Shown here: positions 46,704-58,700 of the stretch, piece by piece
Layout: each line of letters opens with the position of its first letter
How positions within the stretch are numbered: the stretch's first letter is position 1
Assembly: GCA_965178125.1 (NCBI GenBank)
Contig: OZ237769.1
Span: 496,001 to 560,000, forward strand
Direction of reading: 5' to 3'
DNA length: 64,000 nt
DNA from: Bilabrum cf. latius
Taxonomy: Eukaryota
The notes under the pieces: model-generated
What the model was told of the DNA's origin: nothing
What the model saw: the letters and a program-made list of their open reading frames with translations, nothing else
Database searches by the model: none
Made by a program: the position numbers and the translations under genes

Positions 46704-49700
46704 TCAATCGCGCTTTCTGGGGGACCGCCGCCTAGCCTACGAACTAGAACCTGCCTGCACCGAGCCAGCACCTGTCGGCCCAGCGCCCACGGCTACTGGT
46801 GATGCACCTCCTGTTGGGGCCTCGGCTCCACTGCCAGCAGCCCTCGCCCTCGCTCTCGCTTCCGCCTGAGCCGCAGACCGAATGGGCGTGGCCCTGAGGC
46901 CACCCCTCCGCCCGGCGCTGATGCTGCCAGCAGGCGCATCTCCGCCGTGTCCTGCTGCTTGCCCGTCTCCACCAGTATCAGACCCCTCATCGTGCCCCTC
47001 GCGGGTACCCTCTGCCGCTGATTGCGCACCCGCCATGCTGCGTCCCGCGCTGCCCACGCTCCCTGCCGAAGACCTCCGCCTCCTCCTGCCCCCGGCCGCA
47101 CCTGACCCACCGTCTCCCCCCACGGCCCAGCCGGGTGGCAGCTGCAGCAGCCACTGCTCCAGCCGTGCCTTTGACGTGGTGCCCGGCTCGGCCTGCGGGG
47201 CCTAGCCTGCGCTGGCGGAGGCAGCTGAGGGCGACGAAGAGGAAGAGGAAGAGGAGGAGGTGGAGGCCCCCGCCGCTTCCGCTTGCTTCCTGGCGATTCT
47301 CGCCAGCCGTTTCCTCTCGTTCTCTCTCGCCCTCCTCTCTTGCTTCTTCCTCTTCTTTTCCTATTTTTTGAGCTTCTGCTTCTCCCAGCGCACCCTGTCC
47401 TTCTCTCGCTTCCTCTGCATCTTGGCCCTGTAGGCTTCTAGCTCCTCCCCGCTCAGCTCGGCCTCGATGTCCGCCTTGCGCTTGCGCTTCATGGGTAGGC
47501 TGAGCAGTGGCCCCGTGGACCGCTTCCGTGGAGGCCGCCTGCCAGCTGAGCCCAGCACTGGGGCGGGCGCATCCACGGCTGAAGCGGACTGGGAAGAGGG
47601 CGAAGACGGCGATGAAGGCGCAGCAGATGCACTGGATACACCCTTGCTCTTGCTCTTGTTGGATGATCTCACGTTGCTCTTGCTTGACTCTGAGGATGGT
47701 CTGGCCTCCTGGCCCTTGCTGGCCTTGCTCTTGCTGCCGCTCGATGACTTCTTCTTGCTGCTGCTGCTGCTGCTGCCGCCTGGCGACTTTTTGCTTGATG
47801 CTGCGGCGCTGCTGCTACTTCCCCCTTTCGAAGCCTTCCTGGCTTTCTTCTTCGCAGGTGAGGAGCCGCTTCCACCACCGCTGCTGCCGCTGCTGCTGCT
47901 GGCCCGGCTCCCGCCGCCCGCCGAAGCAGACAACTTCGACTTTGACTTCGATTTCGAGGAGGCTGTAGACGACGAAGGTGGTTCACCTGGAGACTCCGAG
48001 ATCGAACTGGGCCTTGCCCGCTTGCGGCCAACCTACTGCTGCTGCTGCTGCTGCTGCTATTGCGAAGACGAGGGGGAGGCGGACGAGGCCCCACCGGCAG
48101 CCCCTGCCCCTGCGTCCGCTCCGTTCTCGATCACCGAGCCATCCAGGCGGCGCTGGGCACCCCCGCGCCGACCGCCACTCTGCGCGGCGCCTCCCCGGTT
48201 CCGCTTGCGCCTGGACCCCGGTGGCGAGCCCCCGCTCCTCTGCAGCTGTTCCCTCGCGATGCCTCGGGCCTTCCTCTGCTGCGCCTCGGACCAGCCGAGG
48301 GGCCACCCGTCCCGGCCCAGCCTGAACCGGCGGATGACGTCCGGGTGCCACTGTGTTCCCCCGCAGCGGTGGCACAGCCAGTCGCCCTCAAGATCCATCA
48401 CCCTGCCCATGGGATCCACCGCGCTCGTGGGGGTGGTCTTGGTGACCCCCATGCACCTGAAGTGGTACCACTCGTTACACTTGTGGCAGCACACCATCTC
48501 GGAGGAGTCCTGCTCGAACGTGCGGCGGCACAGGCAGTACCGAGCGTTGTCCTCCTCCACCAGCTCCCACGACTCCTCCCCGTTCCCCGACACGCCACCG
48601 GAGTTCCGCACGACCCCGACGTTCCTCCCGGCGGCCTGGGCCAGCCGCAGCGCCTCCTCAGCGGACCCCACCACCACGCCCGACTGCCTCTCCCTCCTCT
48701 CGGGCGTCTCGGCTGCGAGGCTGCTGGGGGGCGCGCTGGGGAGGTCGAGCGCACCCACGCGGGGGCGCTTGCGTTTCGGCTCCGAATCTTCCGATCGATC
48801 GGCGCTGCTGGCCCCCGCGGCGGCACCCCTCGCAGCTGCACCACGGCGCCCGTTCCCCTCGCCACCGCCCCCGCCCTCCATGTCGAACGCGGCCTGCTAA
48901 GAGACAGCCCTGGCCCTGGAGGACGAGGCGCGGCCTGACCCGCTGCGGCGCGGCGAAACTGCACCGGAGACGGCGGCAGAAGCGGAGGCAGACGGGGTTG
49001 CGCTCGCTGCTCCCGCGGACTCGCCCAGCAACGGCCCGGTACCCGCCACGTCGCCCCCCTGCCCAAGCCCCATGGAGGAGCCTGCCGTCGCACTCGCCAC
49101 AGGGGCCGGGGCAGCCAAGCTCCTCTTGCGGGGCCTGCCCACGGGCCGCTTCCGCCCGCGGCTCTCAACTGCAGGTCCGCTCCCGCCGCCCCCCCGCCCC
49201 GGAGACCAGCCCACGCCCCACCTGCCGTTGGCCCCCTGTGTCACCAGCTGCACCTCCTCGTCGTCATCGTCATCATCGTCGTCGGGGAACATAGAGGTCC
49301 CGTGCAGCGCGATCCACCGGGGGGACAGGAGAGTGCGGGACAGGGCCCAGGACAGGCCATTTCCGGTTTCCAGGTGCCGCCCGTACACGGCCAGGGAGCC
49401 GGCCCCGTCCAGACACCTACCAGCCAGCGTGCGCCGGCCCTGCGGCCCCGAAAGCGCGGGGGCTCCCCCGGAGACTCCCCCCGCGCCCGCCCTGGCCCCC
49501 GCCGCCGCCGCGCTTGCCTTCGCCTCTGCCTCCACCTGCCTCCTCCTCCTCTTCTCCTTCCTCCTGAGCGCTCGCACCACGCGCCTGATCCCAGCCCTGG
49601 CCTTCAGCAACCGCCGGCGGGCGCCCTCGCTGACCCCCGCACCGGGGTCCATCGCGCCCCCGCCCGACAGAGGGGTGCCCCGAGCAGCACCGGGCCCGGC

Positions 49701-52700
49701 AGTACCAGCACCAGCACCAGCGCCAGCACCAGACGCACTCCCCACGGGCTCCCCGCCGCCCGCCACGACCAGCCTGTCCAGCGCCGCCAAGAGAACCTTC
49801 TGCTCCCGCTGCACCTGCCGCTCGGCATCTGCCAGGGCGCGCTGCAGTGCAATGTCCGCCGCAGCAGCAGCCTCGTCCTCCGCGCCCCCCATTCCCAGAC
49901 CCGCCCCCGCCCCGCCCACCGTCTTGAGGTGTCCCAGCGCCGCTTCCCCACCCCTGCCCCTGGGCCGCACCCCCGCCAAGTTCCCGTGCAGCTCCAGGCC
50001 GGTCGAGTCGATCCAGGGCTGGTCCCTTCGGCTGGCCCGCCCGCGGCGACCGCCTGCTTCGGGCCTCCACCCTGTGACGAGTGGAGGTCTCCGCCAGCGA
50101 CCACCCGCCCCCGCGTGCCCTGCCTCCTCGGCGGCACGGGCAGCCGCCTCCGCCGCCTCCCTCGCCGCTGCCGCCGCCTGGGCCGCGATGCCCTCCAGCC
50201 TCTCGGCGTCTGCGCTTCCCGCCTCGGCCGCATGCTCGGCCACCTGCATGGCCTGCTGCGCGGATGCCTGGGCCTGCTCCGAGGCGGTCTGTGCCCTGCG
50301 CGCGTCTTTTTCTTTCTTCTTCTTCCTCCTGTCCTCCTGCTTGCGCCAGGCCTCCACCCTCTCCCGCGCCCGCCTGGAAGTGTCCCTCACCTCTTCCTGC
50401 GGGGGCCGGCACTGAGGGCAGAAGACCACCACGTCGTACTGCCCAGCGCGGTGCACGGGTGACAGCGGCGGAAGCGGATCCACCGGTGGATCCCCGCAGC
50501 CCTGGCCGGATGCTGATCCTGATGCTGCAGTCCCGGCCGGAGAGGACGACGACCCGTCCTTGCCCGCACCACCGTGCGCTGCACCCTGCTGTTGGGACGG
50601 CCTCCAGTCCCTGCACTGCAGCCGGGCCTCCAGCCTGCCGAGGAGGTTGACGGCCGCCGCGTCCTCCTTGCTCGGGGGAGGTGCCTTGGGCTTGTTCCCC
50701 GCCACGGGCCCGTCGGGGTCGCTGAGTCCCAGGGCGATGGCCAGCCTTTGCGCGAGGTCCTCCACCTCCCTGTGCGGTGCCTTGGCCAGCTGGGCCAGCC
50801 GGGCGGGGGTGGGGCGCCTGGGGAGCAGCAAGGGGCAGTCCGGGGAGGTAGGAGGAGGGGGGGGAGCAGCAGAGGAAAGGGGGTGGATCCCCACCGGATC
50901 CCCGAGAGATGTCCCCGGGGGTAGATGATCCGCATGAGCCCCTGCCCCTGCCCCTGCCCCTGCCCCTGCCCCTGCCCCAGTCCCTGCCGCCGGCTCTATG
51001 ACCACGAGTCCCCTCTGAATGGCGCACATGGCGTGCACCCACCCCGTGCACCTGCGGAGGGAATGCGACTGCGAGTGCGCACCACCTCCCGCTGCTGTTC
51101 CCTGGCCCTGGGGCCCCGACGCATGGCACGCGCATGGCAGCACCACTCCATGGGCAGACCCGCAAGCCCCGCAAGATCGCCTCGCCAATAGACCCGAGAG
51201 CCACCCGGGCCCGCTTGCCACCTTGCCCTTGTCGTCCTCTTTGGCCTCGCCCTCGAGGCCGAGCAGGAGGGTCAGCCGGTCGGGTGCACCGAACTGCAGG
51301 TCGAGGGGCGGGGGCAGGGCAGCCGTGGAGGCCCCTTCGTTGGCACCGACAGCCACCGCCGCAATAGTAGCCAGCGGCCCCGAGCTCCTACTTCCACCGA
51401 ATGCCAGCGGGCCGTGCCCCTGTGCCCTGGCGTGCACCGCGGCGCACAGCCAGTGCACCCACCTGCCCGAGGGAACAATTTCCCCCTCCAGGCCCCGCAT
51501 GGCAAGGGGCTTGAGCGCACCCCCCCGCACGGGGCACATGGCGCACCTCACGTCCCTCGGCCGATGGGCATGCGCCGGCACCCTGGCCCCTGGCGCCCTC
51601 CTTCTCAGCGCCAGAGGGCCCAGCCCATGAGCGCACGCCTCGCAGAACCAGTCCCCCTCTGGGATGAAGGGGATGCCATAGCACTCCTGGTGCACCGCCA
51701 GGTCGCACGACTCGCAGAACACGATCTGGTTGCGGGGGTGGGACTCGCCCCCGCTGCACACAGCGCAGCATGCGTCCGCGTCCTCCTCCGCCTGCCGCTC
51801 AGCCGCCTCTCTCTCCTCCTGCGCGCGCCTGGCCTGCGCGAACTACCGCTGGGACAGTCTCCGCAGCCGCTCGTGCCGCAGCCCGTCCGCCTCCCTCGCC
51901 GCGGCAATCGCACCCACCCTGGCCGCCGCCAGCGCCAGCCCCCTGTCCGCCCTCACCACTGCCCTGGCGAGGCGCCTCCTCACCACGGCCAGCTCCTCGC
52001 TGATCTCGTCATCGGGCAGGGGATCCACCGGTGGATCGCCCTGCTGCTGCTGCTGCTGCTCGCTGTCGGAGGCTCCCTCGCCCTCACCCCCGCTGCTGCC
52101 GCTGGCATCCATACCCCGCTGGCCCTTGCCCCTGCTGCCCCTCCCCTTCCCCCTCTTGCTCCTCTTGCCCCTCAGTGGCGCCACCCCCTGGCAGATGGCC
52201 CGCTGCACCTCGTCCATCCAGTCCTCTTCCTCCTTCGTCCTCAGCCCGCGGATGAGCGCACGCACCGGGGATAGGGGCAGCAGACGGCCAGCACCGCCAC
52301 CATCGTTGCCCATGGCCCGCTGCCGCGAAACAGACCCGGAGCCGAAAACAGGCGAAGACCGCTTCCCGCCGCTGCCGTTGTTCCCCAGCCCGTCCCTGCT
52401 GGCCCCGATGGCCCTATAGAAGTCGTAGTCCTTCAGGTCCGCACGCATGGGGAAGTACCTTGCCCTGGGCCTGGCCCGCATGCACCGGAGGCCGTGCACC
52501 TTGCGGTAGTAGCCCACTGCCCCCGAGGTGGAGTCCAGCAGGGCCGCCCGCACGCCCAGGCTGGCAGCGTGTCTGCATGCGAGGGCGAACAGGACCGAGC
52601 CGGTCCGTGGCTCGCTGGCCACCAGCCGCATGGCGGGGGGCGCGGGGGGCGCGGGGGACGCGGGCTGTGGCATCGGGTCTGCGGGCACGTCGTGCGCTGT

Positions 52701-55700
52701 GCCGGGAGCGGTGAGGGAGTGCGCAGATGCCCCCGCAATGGGGGCGATGGGGGCGGGCCCCGCCGAGCCTGCTGATGGCTGCTTCGGCGCCCCGACCCCG
52801 GCCTCGGCGGATTCGGAGCCGGATGTAGCCGCGGGTGTCTACACCGAGGGTGTCTGCACGATGGGTGTTGCATCCCCCGCGCCTTGGTGCGTTGCGAGCG
52901 ATAGATGGGATCCTGTGTGACGAGTGTCAGCAGGGGCGGCCACCCGCAGCGGGTCCTGCCCTCCACCGCCCCCGTCGCCCTCACCCCCACCCCCGCTGCT
53001 GCCCCCACCACCACTGGTGTCCAGCAGATCCCCATGCGTGTCCGGTTTAACCGCCTGCAGCGTGGCCACGTAGAGCACCCTCTGGGGCCGGATGCCGGCT
53101 CGGCGGCGGCGGGAGGAAGAAGCAGAGGAGCCGCCCCCTCCCGCCGAGGAGCTGCGGTGGAGGGAGGGCGCACCCGCACCACCGTGCGATGCACCCGCGC
53201 CGTACCCCGGGGGGGACGACCTAAGCATGTCCCCCGGCTCACCGCTTGTTCCCTGCGTGGCGATCTGGGAAGCTCCCGCGAGTGCCGCACTCCCGTCCAC
53301 GGACAGAAGCCGCTGCAGACGGTCTCGCCTCGTGCCCCTGCCCCGGCCCCTGCCCCTGCCGCGCCCCCTGCCCCTGCCGCGGCCTCGTCCACGGCCCCTA
53401 CCTCTGCCTCTGCCTCTACCTCTGCCTCTGCCAGCCGCCGTAGGCACAAAGTCGGCGTCACTGCCGTCTTCGTCCGTGTCGTCCTCCCCCTGGTCTTGCT
53501 CGTCGCCCGACTCAACGATCTTGACGCTGCCGCTGCCGTCACCGTCACCCTCACTGGATGCTGCAGGGGTGCCCGGCTCCAGGGCATCCTCCCCGTCGTC
53601 GTCCTCGTCGTCCTCCCCCCTCCTCGCCCCCGCGCTGCTGCCCGCCGCCACGCCAGCCGCACCCTCAAGCCCCTCCTCCTCGTCCTCCTGCTGCTGCCCC
53701 GCCCTGCGCTTGGCCGCCGCCTCAGCCGCGCGGGCAGCCTCCGCCTCCTCCTCCTGCGGGGGCAGCACCGCCGTCAGCACCGGCACACCACCGTGCGCTG
53801 CACCCTGCACGGGCGCCAGCCCCTCGTCCCTCCCGTCCGGCTGGAACCACATGAGGTAGTAGTTCACGAACCCGACCAGTTTCCCGCCTTTCTCGGCCAC
53901 TAAGGTGAACTCGTTCTTCGCCCGGAGGCTCCTCTGGAAGTCCGCCTCCGTCGCGAAGGAGGGGTTCACCCGGTTCACCAGCAGGAGGGCCTTGGCGTCA
54001 CTCGGTTGGGCGAAGCGGAACGTCGTCCCTCCGCAGATGCCGCGGCGGGCGGCCGCGCGGGCAGAGGCAGCCAGGGCGGGGTTCTGCTCCATATCCGCGG
54101 GGTGGTCCAGCCGGAGGTGAGTGAACTCCTCCCCGCGCCACCACCCCCGGAACAGCAGCGAGGCGTCGCCCAGCGCCGCTGCCGATGCCCTGGCCGTGAT
54201 GGGGGCATGCGCATGGGCATGGGCATGCGCAGAGGCAGGTGCAAGGGGGGTACTGACGGGCTGGGCTCCCTGCTGGGGCTGCTTGTAATGGACAGCTGCA
54301 CCTGTCTGCGTGCCCGTGCCTGCCCCCGGTGTGGGGGCATGGGCCGGGGACCCCAGGGCCGCGCTTCCCATCGCTTGGGCTGCTGCTGCTGCCGTCTGCT
54401 CGGTGGCACCGATTTGGCCGCTGTTCCCCAAGGCCAGTTGGTTGGGAGCTGCGGTGGATACCGCGAGCATAGATGGAGACCCCTGGAGGGGTGACCCCTG
54501 GAGGGGTGACCCCTCCGGGGGGGAGGCCAGGTCGATGATCTCCGGGCTATCTCCTCCCTGCATGGGGGCACGGCCCAGGGAATTCCCCTGGCTCCCACCT
54601 AGCCACCCTCCCATCCGTGGGAAGGACGGCTGCATGGGCGTGGACGGTACTGCCGCAATCGCTGCCTCTACCCGTCCGCCTCCCAATCCCCCAGATGAAG
54701 AAGAAGAGGAGGAAGAGGAGGAGCCGATCTTGGCCCTCAGGTCTTCATCGGCCCACACCTCCTCGTAGAACCTGCCTGCAGGGGGGGTCCTCAGGGCCTC
54801 GTCGGCAGCCAGGGAACAAGGGTCTGACCGAGGCACCTGGAACGGCTCCATGAGCTCCCGCCAGCGGCTGTGCGCAGAGGGCGCCCCCAAGGCGGTGGAC
54901 TGCTTCTTCGGGGCTGCACCATCGCCATCACTGTCGTTCTTGCCCTGACCCACAGTGCTGCCGGAGCCGCGGCTACCGGCGGTCTCCTCGTCTTCGGTAT
55001 CATCGTCGTCGTCGTCATCATCCTCTTCCTCTTCGTCTTCTTCTTCCTCCTCCTCGTTGTCGTCGTCCTCGTCATCGTCCTGCCCACCGCCCTGCTTGCT
55101 GCCCCCCTCGCCCTCGGCCTCGGCCTTGGCTGCAGCTCTCCGCTCCGCTTGCCTCTTCTTCCTTCGCTTCTTCGCAGCTGCCACCGCAGTCGTCAGGTCG
55201 CAGGCAGCCGCGAGCGAGGGCCGCAGCCACGGCTGGGCCTCCTGCAGGATGCGGCGGCGGGCGGCCCTCTTGCCCAGCGAGGGCAGCTCGAGGACCATCC
55301 AGGCGGCCTGCCGCGCCACTTTGGCCAGGTGCGAGGGAAGCGCGCCCACGGCGGAGCGAAGGTTCGTCAGGCATTGTTCGATGCCGCTGCTCGTGGCAGC
55401 CTGGGCCCCGGCTGTCGCTGCGGCACCGCTGCTGCTGTTCTCTGCTCCTTCCTTCTCCTCTCCGACTGTTCCCTGCCCCGGGCCCTCGCTAGCAGGACTC
55501 GTGCTCTCCTGCAGCCATTCAAGGGAGGGCGCCCTGAATGCATCGGCCGAGTCCGGCTGGCTCCATCCCCAGGCCACCCCCTCGGGCGCAAGGGACTGCT
55601 TCATGGCGGATGGCAAGGGGGCGTCTGCGAGCGGCAGCTGCAGGGCGCCCGATCCCGCTCGTAAATCGGGCCCAGATCCACCGGTGGATTGGCGCGACGC

Positions 55701-58700
55701 CCCATCGAGCAGCCGAAGGAACGCGGTCGACTCGATGCTGCGGCTTTCACCCCTGCCGCCTGCTCTTTTTCCAGACCCAGCAGCCCCGCCCTCGCCCTCG
55801 CCCCCCCTGGCAGTCGCAGCAGCAGCTGCAGCCCTGCGCCCCGCCGCCTCGACCCTGGCCAGCAGCTCGGCAGGCTCGCCCCTCCTCCAGGTCCTGTGCT
55901 GCAGCAGTCCAGAGAATGCCTTCTCCACGGCCCCCGCCGCCACAGGCACGAAGTACGGAGCCACGAGGGGCCAAACGTCCTCGGCCTCGCGCGCCTTGAT
56001 GGCAGTTGACAGCATCCTGCCGGCAGAGGAACCCTCTCCCTTCTGCAGGGCAACGGCCTCCTCCCGGGCTTGTTCCCTGCGGCGGCGGCGCGCGGACATG
56101 CGTGCCCTCCGGGCCGTCCTCCGCGCTGCCCTCTCCTGGTCGTCCTCTTCCTCCTCCTGCCCGCCCTCTCTCTCCTCGTCGCCGTCCTCCTCACCCTCCG
56201 GCAGCAGAGGGAGCACACCGCCCATGCCGAGAGGCTGTTCCCCCGTCCACTCCTCCTCACCGTCGCCCCACTCGCCCGCGAAGGGAGCACCCCCGCCCCC
56301 CGCACCGTCCGCACCCCCGTCTTCCCCCACCCCCCCCGAGGGGTCAAGCCCGATACCCGCCCCCCCACCGATGCCACCCCCCTCCTCCTCGTCCCCGCTG
56401 CTGGCCAGCACCGACCCGCCTTCGTCCTCTCCCCCTGCACCCACCCCGCCCCCCTCCATGTCCCCCCCTTCCTCCTCGTCCTCGCTCTCCCCGTTCCCCA
56501 GCCGGAGCCGGATCTCGCGCCGCCGCACCCGCAGCGAGTTCCGCATGGCGCCGCGCACCGCCCGGGCGGCTCTTCTCCGCAGCCGCCCCAGCCTCCTCAT
56601 CTCTCGCACCCTCTCCCGCTCCCTGCCCTTGGCCCTGCGCTGGGCCGCCCGATCTCCGAGGGCCTTGGTGGGGCCGAGTCCAGCACTCGTCACACCACCG
56701 CTAGCGTCCACAATCGGCGCGCTTCCCCGGCTGCTTCCGAGCTAAACGCCTGCACCATCCCCGGCACTATTAGCAGCAGATCCGGCTGCCCCTGCCCCTG
56801 CCCCAGCCCCCGGCCCCAGCCCCTCACCTGGGTCAGCCCCCGCCTGCACCTCCCTCGCCCTCCTGCGACTGGCCCTCTTGTTCCTCCGCTGTTCCCTGTC
56901 CTCTCGACGGGCCGCCACCAGCATCTGCAGCCGCTGGCGATGCACCCTCGCCGCCTCTTTCCTCCTGGCCAGCCGCCTCTCGTCTGCTGCCTGGGCCCGC
57001 ATCACGGCGAGGGGCGGGGGCACCCCCGGGAGCAGGTTGATCTCGGCCTCGTGTTCCCCGACCGCCAGCTGCACGGCCGTGTGGGGGAACACGCGGGGGT
57101 CGTGCCGCCTGCAGTACAGCGCGAAGGACCCCAGGTCGGTTCCTTTCTGCCAGAGGAACCTTCGCTGGAACCCCGCCGCCTGCGCGCAACTGGCGTGCGC
57201 GGCATACCCGCACGCCCGGTACTCGCACTGGGTGATGGCGCCCCTCTGCGTGTGGCACAGCCTGCAGACGTACTGCCACCTCGAGGCATTCACGTCCTCC
57301 ACCCCCTCGATCGGGGTCAGCCGCCTGGGGTCCCCAAAAGATGCCCCAGGGACGTGCAGCCCGCACACCACGTGCGCCCACAGCAGGGGGGGGCTCCGGT
57401 CCGCGGGAACGCCCGTCCTCCCTTGTTCCCTGGCATGTTCCCTGGCCTCCAGCCCGTCCAGTGCGGGCTTCAGATCCTCCGGGGCCACGTACCCGTACTG
57501 GGCGGGCGCCCCGCAGCCGACGGGGTAGGGGGCAGTGGAGGCTCGTGCGGTGGCGGCCAGCATGCTGGTCAGGTCCCTCCAGGGGCGGCCGGCGGGGCGG
57601 GCGCGGCGGGGCCTGGGCAGTGGAAGCGGGGCCTGGGCCTGGGCCTGGGGCGGGTCCGTCCCTCCGGTTGCACTCGTCACACCCGCGCCGGCACCCGAGC
57701 CCCCTTCCTGTTCCTAGTCCCCTCCATCCACCTCTACCACTTCGTCATCCTCGCCCTGTTCCCCGTCGTCGTCCTCACTCTGTTCCCCGTTGTTCCCTCC
57801 CTGCCCGTTAGCGCCCTCGTCGTCTTCGTTTTCCTGCATTGACGCCTGCCCGTTGGACGACGGTGCTTGTGACAATGCTGACGATGACAGTGGCGGCTGG
57901 GCGCCAGTACCAGGGGTCTCCTTCGATTCGCTTGTTCCCTGGTTCGTTGTTCCCTAAAATCCAGCGGGTTGTCCCGGTTGCAGGGTCTGGATGGTGTCCT
58001 CTGGCGTGGGCAGCTTGAGAGGCGTCTTGCGCTTGTACCCTGTCTTTAGCCCACCCCGCCGTCGGCCCCCCCTGCCTCTGCCCCTGCCCCTGCCCCTGCC
58101 ACCCCCAGCAGCGGCCCCCCACCGCATGGAGGCTGCCTTCCTGAGGTCACCGCTCACTGGCTTGAGGGCGCCGCCCTGCCATGGACACAGGCAGCAGTCC
58201 ACCTGCGCAGAGCACAGCCCCGACTTGCAGGGAGCGCACAGCCAGAAGTAGCCCTGCGCCAGCGTCTCACGGCGGTCCAGGGAACCGGTGCCTGCACCAC
58301 CGTGCGATGCACCCGCGCCCGGCTGGGCAGAATGGTCCTGGGCCGCGGCACGGGCCGATGCCCTGTCCGCCCTTCCCTTGCTGTTGCTCCTCCTACTCCC
58401 CCCAGGTGTCCCCGCCAGGCCCAGGCGGTGCGGCCCCAGGTCCTCCTGGGGGGCCCCCGGCTCGCAGGGGACCCCATGCTGGGGAAGGTCGTCGGCGTCC
58501 ACCCTGGGGGTCGATGCCCCCATGAGGGGGGTGGCGCGGACGGCCCACGCGGGGAGGGCCTAAGCACCCCCAACTGTTCCCTGCCTGCTGGTGGGTCGGT
58601 CCGGGGTCGCCAGTGCCCCCCCTTCCCCTGCCGCTGGTCTCCCTGACGCGGCGCTCGAACGCGCGTCTGCGCCGGTGCCCTGGCCCCCAAGCGGTTGCAA

